Shown here: positions 1 through 7,720 of the stretch, piece by piece
Layout of the letters: the number at the start of each line of letters is the position of its first letter
Position numbering within the stretch: the first letter of the stretch is position 1
Virus record (IMG/VR): IMGVR_UViG_3300048691_000224
DNA length: 64,000 nucleotides
Source: a virus
Lineage: Duplodnaviria; Caudoviricetes
Strand: one strand, 5' to 3'
The notes under the pieces: generated by a model
Told to the model about the DNA's origin: nothing
Seen by the model: only the letters and a program-made list of their open reading frames with translations
Databases searched by the model: none
Program-made: the position numbers and the translations under genes

Positions 1-1
1 G

Positions 2-418
2 GCGAAGGCTGCGTCGTGGTTGTTCGATCCAGCTGACGAAGCCCTCATGGGTGATGCACTGGATGCTGTTGATTCTGGAATGGAGCCTGAGAAGTTTCCA
101 CGATATTTCGACTTCGAGGGTCGTGTAATATTGATCAGTAACTTATCACCTGACGTGCTCGATCCCGATGGTGCACTCGCCACACGAGGATTTATCATAA
201 CACTAGACCCCACAAAGGCTGAGGTGTTTGCATTCATGCGTAAGATTGCTCCCAACATTCCAATCGAGGGTACTCTCACACTCGAAGAGCGAATGGCAGT
301 AGTCGACTTGATAGAGAAACAGACAGGTGCTGTTAATATCAGAAAATTGGTACGCGGGATGAACCTGGCGGCTTCGGGGGTTCCAAATTGGGCTCGATTG
401 GTTGAGCGCTACTGCTAA
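2..418 (+). CDS. C-terminal part of a probable P-loop/AAA+ ATPase-like protein (5' truncated by window edge)
   Basis: Frame open from position 2 to stop at 418; FEGRVILISN...ALATRG resembles the AAA+ strand/arginine-finger region; Walker motifs lie outside the window. Confidence 0.35.
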   Translation, partial: AKAASWLFDPADEALMGDALDAVDSGMEPEKFPRYFDFEGRVILISNLSPDVLDPDGALATRGFIITLDPTKAEVFAFMRKIAPNIPIEGTLTLEERMAVVDLIEKQTGAVNIRKLVRGMNLAASGVPNWARLVERYC

Positions 419-505
419 AAGCTAAAGTGTTTATTGAGCGGGGAACTACACTAAGGTTAACCCTGCTCTATTCTATTGCACATATCATAATTACAATACC
501 ACCAT

Positions 506-513
506 TATAAATA
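506..513 (+). promoter_or_regulatory. T4-type late promoter TATAAATA
   Basis: Exact T4 late consensus 50 bp upstream of the 563 ORF. Confidence 0.7.
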
Positions 514-562
514 GTACACATATGTGCACTGAAATGAAAATTAGTATGAAAGATACCACCAA

Positions 563-1087
563 ATGAAATTATATGGTTATACCCGAGCAACAGCGTTACC
601 TACCTCTCCTGATGTGGGTCAGATTGTATTTTTATCAGTCGATGGTTTGACAGGGACACTACAACACTGGGACGGTAGTGCCTGGGTGCTCGTTGGTGGT
701 ACTCCACAATTATTGAGTATTGTTGGTGATCAATTGACATTATCTGGCGGAGGTGGGTCTGTTACACTGCCAACGTTCTCATGGCGTGAAGTCGTGAATA
801 GTACAATTGTTGCCCCTATGGACGTCGCAAATGGAATTGCTGTGAGCAATTCCAGCGCCACTACAGTCACGATACCTCTCAATTCTGCTGTACCAATTGC
901 AGTAGGATCATCTGTGTTGGTAGCTGCTGATGATGTTGGTACAGTGACACTGGTACCGGCTAGTGGTGTTACGCTACACGTCGGAAATGGTCTGTCCACT
1001 ACTCTGTTGGGACAGTACTCTGTAGTAACACTTATCAAGCGATCACCTGATGTTTGGTATGCGGCTGGAGACTTCGCTACACCATGA
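563..1087 (+). CDS. Virion/tail-fibre-associated beta-rich protein
   Basis: C-terminal SNSSATTVTIP...GTVTLVPASGVTL...GQYSVVTLIKRSPDVW motif is typical of phage tail-fibre accessory domains; late promoter upstream. Confidence 0.55.
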   Translation: MKLYGYTRATALPTSPDVGQIVFLSVDGLTGTLQHWDGSAWVLVGGTPQLLSIVGDQLTLSGGGGSVTLPTFSWREVVNSTIVAPMDVANGIAVSNSSATTVTIPLNSAVPIAVGSSVLVAADDVGTVTLVPASGVTLHVGNGLSTTLLGQYSVVTLIKRSPDVWYAAGDFATP

Positions 1088-1518
1088 AGACTTCTCTCCA
1101 TGGAATCTTAGCCGATAGGCGAGAACTCACAGTAAGTGAATTCTTCACCAGTTCACTCTATGGATTTGAGATTAGTGATACTGCGTCTATAGGGCTACCT
1201 GGAGTGATATCTGGAAGTCTACCACCTTATGGGCTGGCTGAAGACACAGGTAGTATTGGACTACCATCTATCGCATCAGGATCACTGGTTGATCTAATTA
1301 TCAATACAAATATTGAAGACACAGGTAGTATTGGACTACCATCTATCGCATCAGGATCACTGGTTGATCTAATTATCAATACAAATATTGAAGACACAGG
1401 TAGTATTGGACTACCATCTATCGCATCAGGATCACTGGTTGATCTAATTATCAATACAAATATTGAAGACACAGGTAGTATTGGACTACCATCTATTATT
1501 TCTGGAACATTAATTTAA
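1084..1518 (+). CDS. Virion-associated repeat protein (MKTSLHGILADRR start, 25-aa repeats)
   Basis: ATG at 1084 overlaps the previous stop (ATGA); N-terminus matches that of the 3034 ORF. Confidence 0.6.
   Translation: MKTSLHGILADRRELTVSEFFTSSLYGFEISDTASIGLPGVISGSLPPYGLAEDTGSIGLPSIASGSLVDLIINTNIEDTGSIGLPSIASGSLVDLIINTNIEDTGSIGLPSIASGSLVDLIINTNIEDTGSIGLPSIISGTLI
1240..1496 (+). repeat. Perfect 75-bp in-frame tandem repeat, about 3.4 copies (EDTGSIGLPSIASGSLVDLIINTNI)
   Basis: Unit starts at 1240, 1315, 1390 and 1465. Confidence 0.95.
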
Positions 1519-1519
1519 T

Positions 1520-2452
1520 ATGGAAACTACTATGCAACAAGAGCAAACAAATATTACAGCAGCAATGCACATGAGAGTATCAGGTGAATACAGCGCAGAA
1601 GTGCGGCACGCAGATGGTACAATAACAGAGATCCCATGGTTCAAGAATCTGATCCTAAATTCAGGACTTGATGATTTAGGAACAATGGGTGGTTTGCGTA
1701 ATTACTGTCATGTTGGTACTGGGACATCAACGCCCGCCGTGACACAAGTTGCATTAGATGCTAAGATTGGTACATATGGATCATATGCGTCGGCGACGAC
1801 TACTCAGATTGGTGCACCATCATATGCATGGGCTACTACACTCCCATACACATTCGCTATCGGAGCAATTGTGGGTAACATTACTGAGGTAGGTGTCGGG
1901 GCGACAACTTCAGGAACTCGGTTATACAGTCGGGCACGATTTACTGATGGTGGTGGCAATCCAATTGCTATAACTGTGACAGCATCAGATCAACTAGTTG
2001 TGTATCACAAAGTAACAGTCACGCCCCCAATTACCGATGGGACTGGATCAGTTGTGATATCAGGCACCACTTATAATTATACTACCAGGCTATTATCAGC
2101 TGGTCAGAATGTTAGTAGGTTCGAAGACCTTGGGGTGGCGGTATTCCTGCCAACTTCGGCGAGCGCTTTTGGATCTAACGCAGCTCTCTCAGCAATCACC
2201 GCATCTGTGCCGACTGGTACCAATCTTGGTAATTCTAATACGGGTACGTATTTGCCGTATGTTCCTGGAACATACTACCGCGACACCTCACTCGTTTGGT
2301 CACCTGAATATGCGAATGCTGTTGGTGGTATCAAAGGGTTTAGAGCAACGGGGAGTGATTCAACTGTGTTCCAAATTATCCTAGACACACCAATAATGAA
2401 GACCAACCTCCAGCAATTGACGATGGTGTTCAGAAGAAGTTGGGGTAGATAA
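1520..2452 (+). CDS. Tail protein (tail-tip/fibre-associated family)
   Basis: WFKNLILNSGLD...YCHVGTGTSTP motif recalled from phage tail proteins; T/G/S-rich beta composition. Confidence 0.55.
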   Translation: METTMQQEQTNITAAMHMRVSGEYSAEVRHADGTITEIPWFKNLILNSGLDDLGTMGGLRNYCHVGTGTSTPAVTQVALDAKIGTYGSYASATTTQIGAPSYAWATTLPYTFAIGAIVGNITEVGVGATTSGTRLYSRARFTDGGGNPIAITVTASDQLVVYHKVTVTPPITDGTGSVVISGTTYNYTTRLLSAGQNVSRFEDLGVAVFLPTSASAFGSNAALSAITASVPTGTNLGNSNTGTYLPYVPGTYYRDTSLVWSPEYANAVGGIKGFRATGSDSTVFQIILDTPIMKTNLQQLTMVFRRSWGR

Positions 2453-2453
2453 T

Positions 2454-3029
2454 ATGATCCCAGGTAACACAATCATCACAACTGCTCAGGTTGGAGAATT
2501 TACGTATCCAACTAATCTACCATACGCAAAACAGTCCCAGACTGTGATGGGTGGAGTAGCACTAGGCGATCCGAGCCAAGGTAGGCTGTATCAGACTTGG
2601 GTAATTGCGCTATCTGGAACTACTATTACAGTTGCACCAACCGCAACTGGTGTGACTGCACTCACTCACACCGCAACGGGTGCAGACATCAACAGTACCG
2701 TTGCTCTGGCTTTCGATTCCAATATGGCTCCAACCATCTGCTGGACAACGCCGGCTGGATGTAGTCTGTATTGGTACGACTCGAGTCTAGGTGCTTATAC
2801 CACAACAAACTATCCTGGAGTCACAAGCTGCAGGGTAGCAGTGGACGATGCTCGTCCATTCTACTCGAGTGGATCAGATGTGATATTTGCTTATACTCTT
2901 GGTGGTACACTGTATTGGAGACAACAGCGCGATCGATACGCAGTCGAACGTACGGTAGGTGCAACTACAAAGAAATTGGTGCGTGTAGGCTTATCAGACA
3001 AAAATCGTCTGCAATTTGAACTGAGATAA
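2454..3029 (+). CDS. Tail-associated protein (GGVALGDPSQG family)
   Basis: GGVALGDPSQGRLYQTW motif; recalled as the usual partner of the preceding gene family. Confidence 0.5.
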   Translation: MIPGNTIITTAQVGEFTYPTNLPYAKQSQTVMGGVALGDPSQGRLYQTWVIALSGTTITVAPTATGVTALTHTATGADINSTVALAFDSNMAPTICWTTPAGCSLYWYDSSLGAYTTTNYPGVTSCRVAVDDARPFYSSGSDVIFAYTLGGTLYWRQQRDRYAVERTVGATTKKLVRVGLSDKNRLQFELR

Positions 3030-3033
3030 TAAT

Positions 3034-5058
3034 ATGAAAACATCCCTTGCTGGTATTTTGAACAGACGTAGAGTAGTTTCGGGTGTAGTGAATAATCTAT
3101 TATTTGGACTTGGAGCTAACTGGTTTAACAATATATCAACATCCAACACTCAATTTTATACCACTCCGTACCAAGTTGATAATTCAGAGTGGATTTCAGT
3201 TAGCAATGGTATACATTCAGCCTACGGAGTTAGATCTGACGGGACGCTATGGGCTTGGGGACAGAATTCAGGTGATGATTTTTTAGCAGTAGGCAACATC
3301 AATCCTACTCACCCACTACAAGTCGGTTCAGATACTGATTGGGCGAAAGTGGTTGGCTCTCAGTATGGTGCTTACGCCATCAAACAAGATGGGGCGCTGT
3401 ATGCGTGGGGAGAGGATTCGCAAGTACTAGGTTTCGGCAATACACAAATCAATGTAATGACTCCGTCACTCCTACCAGGAACCTGGTCGCATATCGCCGC
3501 AGCACAAGTTGTCACACTAGGTATCAAAACAGACAATACCCTGTGGGCTTGGGGATCTGATTCGTATGGAGTGTTAGGGACAGGTGTAGAAGATGTTGGA
3601 TTGTGGTCCCCAACACAGGTAGGGACCTCCACATGGAATACCGTCGACATGGTTAAAGATATGAGTATCGGGATTCAGTCAGATGGAACCATGTGGTCGT
3701 GGGGTAGGTGGAATAATGGTGCAACTGGGAATGGTGGTACTACTGACATCACGGAATCACTACCAGTCCACATTGGTGTTGGGTATACGTGGTCACGTGT
3801 AGCTTGTGGAATCCAACACAAGCTGGCTATTAGATCTGACGGAACCCTGTGGTCGTGGGGGTCAGGTGATTTGGGAGTACTAGGGTTGGGAGACCTCATC
3901 AATCGATATGAACCAACCCAAGTGGGTACAGACTCTGATTGGGTCTTTATTAAAGCAGGGTGGTACTTCTCTAGTGCACTAAAGGCTGATGGGTCGCTGT
4001 GGGTTTGGGGCGAAAATGTTCAAGTTATGTCCGATGGTTCAGATTATGCTGCGGTCTTAATACCAACTAAGATATCAAAAGGACCATACAAATTTATATC
4101 TCACAGTATATCGATTGAACCTGAGACATTTTTGCTTACAGGGACTAACACACTGCCGGTAGCAATTGCGTTCAATGCAATTGCTACTTTTTCGTTGGGT
4201 TACGATATTAGCAATTACACAACCATTGAGTTCAACGGATTATTCAATGTGGTGCAGACCACTGTTGTTAACATAACCGCCAATGTTGCAGAACTGAATT
4301 TTTTAAACTCTAATGCGATAACTTATGGTAGTGGGTCTGGTGCGCCATTAGTTGAGTTAACACTAACTGAAGCTCAGGTTACCCAACCATCAGCTTTTAA
4401 TGGTATTCCTACGCTACAGAAGTTCACGTGCAATACAATGTCTACAATCGCAGCGAGCACCTTTCAACAGTGTGCCAGCTTACAGACAGTCATTCTTCCA
4501 GCAGTGAGTACAATTGGCACTCAAGCATTTGTTGGTTGTACGGCATTAGATCTAGATCTTAGTGATTTTTCATCGTGCGTTGTCATCGAGGCTCAAGCAT
4601 TTAGTGGATGCACTGCACTCACACCACACATCACCACCCAACACTTTCCAAGTTTAACTCATCTCGGTAAAGGTGTGTTTAGTGCATCTAGTGTAGGTAG
4701 AATTGAGTTGCCTACAGTGACGAGTGTTGACACCGATGGGCCAATATTCACTTCTGTTGGGCACATCCAGCTCAACGGACTTAGCTCAATACAAGGAACC
4801 TCTTTTGTGTACTGCACATCTTATATACTGGAGTTTGCGGGCTGTGTGAGTGTTGGGGATTATGCATTTGCAAACTGGAGTCCTGTCGGTGCTGCATTGT
4901 CGTGGTTATATCTACCGGTCGTAACCACTTGGGGCAATGATGTATTTCATGGAGTCTCCGGATTGTCAGTTACTCTCACTATCCGCACAGATCAACAGAG
5001 TAATCCAAATGTATTATATCTTCAGGCGAATAATGATGTTACCTTGGTGTTAGTGTGA
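3034..5058 (+). CDS. RCC1-repeat beta-propeller plus C-terminal BspA-type leucine-rich repeats; putative receptor-binding/virion protein
   Basis: Repeated (S/A)DG(T/A)LW(A/S/V)WG RCC1 units; IAASTFQQCASLQTV and IGTQAFVGCTAL are LRR_5-type units. Confidence 0.8.
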   Translation: MKTSLAGILNRRRVVSGVVNNLLFGLGANWFNNISTSNTQFYTTPYQVDNSEWISVSNGIHSAYGVRSDGTLWAWGQNSGDDFLAVGNINPTHPLQVGSDTDWAKVVGSQYGAYAIKQDGALYAWGEDSQVLGFGNTQINVMTPSLLPGTWSHIAAAQVVTLGIKTDNTLWAWGSDSYGVLGTGVEDVGLWSPTQVGTSTWNTVDMVKDMSIGIQSDGTMWSWGRWNNGATGNGGTTDITESLPVHIGVGYTWSRVACGIQHKLAIRSDGTLWSWGSGDLGVLGLGDLINRYEPTQVGTDSDWVFIKAGWYFSSALKADGSLWVWGENVQVMSDGSDYAAVLIPTKISKGPYKFISHSISIEPETFLLTGTNTLPVAIAFNAIATFSLGYDISNYTTIEFNGLFNVVQTTVVNITANVAELNFLNSNAITYGSGSGAPLVELTLTEAQVTQPSAFNGIPTLQKFTCNTMSTIAASTFQQCASLQTVILPAVSTIGTQAFVGCTALDLDLSDFSSCVVIEAQAFSGCTALTPHITTQHFPSLTHLGKGVFSASSVGRIELPTVTSVDTDGPIFTSVGHIQLNGLSSIQGTSFVYCTSYILEFAGCVSVGDYAFANWSPVGAALSWLYLPVVTTWGNDVFHGVSGLSVTLTIRTDQQSNPNVLYLQANNDVTLVLV

Positions 5059-5150
5059 TCAGGTACCAATATGGGTCATGGCGGTGGTGGGTGACCCACT
5101 GCTGTTACTCAGCGCTAAGGATCTTTCTAACATTATAAACGTACCGAATG

Positions 5151-5158
5151 TATAAATA
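5151..5158 (+). promoter_or_regulatory. T4-type late promoter TATAAATA with no downstream + strand ORF
   Basis: Exact consensus, followed by a GTGAGC/GCTCAC hairpin and AAGGAG. Confidence 0.5.
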
Positions 5159-5290
5159 AGAATGTGAGCCACGATGAACCAACATCTGCTCACTCTAACG
5201 CTTACAAGGAGCATCAGCAACTGTACGATACAGAGCATTGAGTTTGTATTTTAGCGATTGGCAGTACATTTAACTACCAATGCCCAAACA

Positions 5291-5860
5291 TTAAGCGCCC
5301 TTGGCTCGCTGCGCTCTTACTATTTTCAAGCAATTATAAACGTATGTGGCGGCACCATTTGCGGTTAGTGCTAGTTGATCTCGAAATATCGCCTGCAATT
5401 CTTTATTACTCAACTCAGGGTGAGCTCGCACGATCTCAACTGCTCGGTCTTGTTTAGACGCCGGTCGTGAGTGTGTTCGGGTCAGGTCTTCAATCTTCGC
5501 GCGGTGTTCATCATCTGATGCTCGGATCCATACCAATCGCTTCTTCGTTGGATTCTTAGAAGTAAACACATCAAAATATTTCTCTGCAGCTCGTTGCGCG
5601 CGGTTTAGTGAGCGGGCGATGTTAACTTCGTCATTGATGCTGTACTGTTCAACAATATCATCAACCAAATTTATATAGAACATTCGTGCCTGTTCCATAA
5701 AAGCTGTCTTGTAATAGACCCCTGTAGCTTTGAACACTCGCATCTCAAAGTCTTGTTGTGTTCCTTCAACATCTTGTGCCAGTGAGACAGCAGTCACCTG
5801 ATTGTGGATTGTGATTCCTGAGTCACGAAGAGAAGCAATAGGGTCAAAGTTGAACGTCAT
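5291..5860 (-). CDS. Hypothetical protein with a C-terminal putative HTH-like domain
   Basis: 189-aa ORF; RAVEIV...LALTANGAATYVYN pattern recalled from T4-like phage proteins. Confidence 0.55.
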   Translation of the reverse strand: MTFNFDPIASLRDSGITIHNQVTAVSLAQDVEGTQQDFEMRVFKATGVYYKTAFMEQARMFYINLVDDIVEQYSINDEVNIARSLNRAQRAAEKYFDVFTSKNPTKKRLVWIRASDDEHRAKIEDLTRTHSRPASKQDRAVEIVRAHPELSNKELQAIFRDQLALTANGAATYVYNCLKIVRAQRAKGA

Positions 5861-5976
5861 TTAAGATATTAGCCTTGTAAAAAGATGTTGGGGATGGAAT
5901 TGAGACACACCAGGACAAATTGCCTGATATGTCTCTATTATACACTAAATTTTGAGAATTGCTACCTAAAAATAAA

Positions 5977-6657
5977 TTATTTTTGTGTTAATTTCACACC
6001 AGCAGCGAATTCAATCAGGGGGATTGCTGTACGATAGTTAGTGAATTTGTCACCTGGTTGATATTCTCGATTTTCCATCAAGTATCCTTCCGATGATCCA
6101 GATTCTGGTACAATAATCTTCCAGAAGTGAGTCGGCACTACTACCCCACGTACACCAAGCTTAGCATCACCTGATTTTGGAAATACGACACCTGTATACA
6201 CTACAGCTGTAGGGTGTGTCACCTGAACATACTTCTCAAGAGATCGCCACTGCCCTCGATTGAAGTTTGGAACCTGTGGGGCTGCGTTTGTGTACAAAAA
6301 CGTATCATTATACGCCACCTTGTCACACGAGTGATTTGATGCTGCTGCAAGGTGACCGATATCATAGGCCGACTGTCGATATGCGCTCTTATTTGCTTGT
6401 TTTGTAGATTGGATAGCAGAATCTGCGCCGAATTGTTTGGTGCGTACGATAGTGCACACCGATACTCGAGGTTCTACGACGAAGTGCGGAATTTTGTGTG
6501 TAGTATTATATGCTATTTCATATCCTGATTTACACAATGTCACACTAGGATCACTAGACTCTAATTTGGACGTGAGTTGGGAGGTTAGGCTGGGGCAGGT
6601 TGCCCCTGCAGATGTGGTCAGAATTAAAATTGAGGCGAGTCCGAGCATTTTAAACAT
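5977..6657 (-). CDS. DNA/RNA non-specific endonuclease (NucA/Endonuclease_NS family) with signal peptide
   Basis: YDIGHL active-site motif, TNAAPQVPNFNRGQWRSLE, VPTHFWKII; hydrophobic N-terminus MFKMLGLASILILTTSAGA. Confidence 0.85.
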   Translation of the reverse strand: MFKMLGLASILILTTSAGATCPSLTSQLTSKLESSDPSVTLCKSGYEIAYNTTHKIPHFVVEPRVSVCTIVRTKQFGADSAIQSTKQANKSAYRQSAYDIGHLAAASNHSCDKVAYNDTFLYTNAAPQVPNFNRGQWRSLEKYVQVTHPTAVVYTGVVFPKSGDAKLGVRGVVVPTHFWKIIVPESGSSEGYLMENREYQPGDKFTNYRTAIPLIEFAAGVKLTQK

Positions 6658-6660
6658 ATA

Positions 6661-7719
6661 TCAAACCTCCACATCTTCAAATCTCAACAATTCAACTTCT
6701 ACATCCGATGTAGAGAATTTTGAAATAATCTTTCTGACTCCATCAAACTTCGATCGCACGTGGTCAATTACCTTGGCATTTGGCCAAGGATTGGGCGATT
6801 GGGTGAGTAGGTTATTATAGATCTTCGTCAGTTGAGAGTTAGTCAATTTGAGTAAACGATCGACAAGCTCAGTTTCTTGTAGTGTAGATTGCTCAGCAGG
6901 CGCGGGAGATGCAGGAATCGGCGGCGTAAACACCACAGGAGTTGCAGTAGCAGATAGGGTTGGCTTTGAATAGTCTACCAGGTGATCAACTACGGTGTAT
7001 TCGCAGCATCGGCCTTTTGTGTCGTTGTAATCAGTTGGAATTGCTACGACGTCACGTGGATTGATCTTCAGAATGACCACTGTATGTGAGCTTTGAATGC
7101 CATAACTGCTCAAATAATCATATGAACAAAAATGGAGACCAGCCTCACAAGTTTTATTGTCGTCGTCATTGATCAGGGATCGAGGCATTGTACACACTGC
7201 GCCTACTGAGTTGTCGATGGTGTTTGTGTAGATGTCTTTGAAGCCGGCTGTGACTTTCTTATATGCAAGAAAGCAGCCATCTTCTGTGGTTGGCATATTG
7301 CCGTGTTCCAAAAATTGGTACAACCGGTTGACGACCGAGGAGCTCGGATTTTGATACAAATTTTCCAAAAACTTCAGGAAATACTGAAGTGGCTGAGTAA
7401 GACCACTTTTGTACAGATTCAGTGCGCGTGTGAGAAAAATGCTGGCTACTGGATAACCCTGATAGGTCATCTGCCCTGTCACACCCGAAAATTGTAACCC
7501 CGAGTTGGAGGACTGTGTCGGGGGCGGCAATAGTGCTTGGACAATATCTACCAACTGTTCAATTTTGTGGAAATCCGACTCACTCAGCGCATATAAGATA
7601 TCCTGAAAATTCAAGTGATCGCGTGTAATCACACGAGGGCGACCACTCAAGAACAGTGTGAGTTCGATTGGTTGTGAAGATAATGGATCTTGTTTAATTA
7701 GATATGGGATTGGTTTCAT
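6661..7719 (-). CDS. rIIB: RIIB protein
   Basis: DGCFLAYKKV...GLHFCSYDYL...KINPRDVVAIPTDYNDTKGRCCEY; follows rIIA. Confidence 0.9.
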   Translation of the reverse strand: MKPIPYLIKQDPLSSQPIELTLFLSGRPRVITRDHLNFQDILYALSESDFHKIEQLVDIVQALLPPPTQSSNSGLQFSGVTGQMTYQGYPVASIFLTRALNLYKSGLTQPLQYFLKFLENLYQNPSSSVVNRLYQFLEHGNMPTTEDGCFLAYKKVTAGFKDIYTNTIDNSVGAVCTMPRSLINDDDNKTCEAGLHFCSYDYLSSYGIQSSHTVVILKINPRDVVAIPTDYNDTKGRCCEYTVVDHLVDYSKPTLSATATPVVFTPPIPASPAPAEQSTLQETELVDRLLKLTNSQLTKIYNNLLTQSPNPWPNAKVIDHVRSKFDGVRKIISKFSTSDVEVELLRFEDVEV

Positions 7720-7720
7720 T

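Noticed and set aside
730-1101. Antisense ORFs over long genes (also 8763-9083, 9233-9622, 15788-16018, 40064-40594, 59250-59624 and similar)
   Set aside because: Shadow frames of well-supported genes on the other strand
1240-1496. Possible CRISPR array
   Set aside because: Contiguous in-frame repeats without unique spacers and no cas genes; the same applies to 52391-52912
563-5058. Diversity-generating retroelement acting on the tail cassette
   Set aside because: No reverse transcriptase and no template/variable repeat pair differing at adenines in this window
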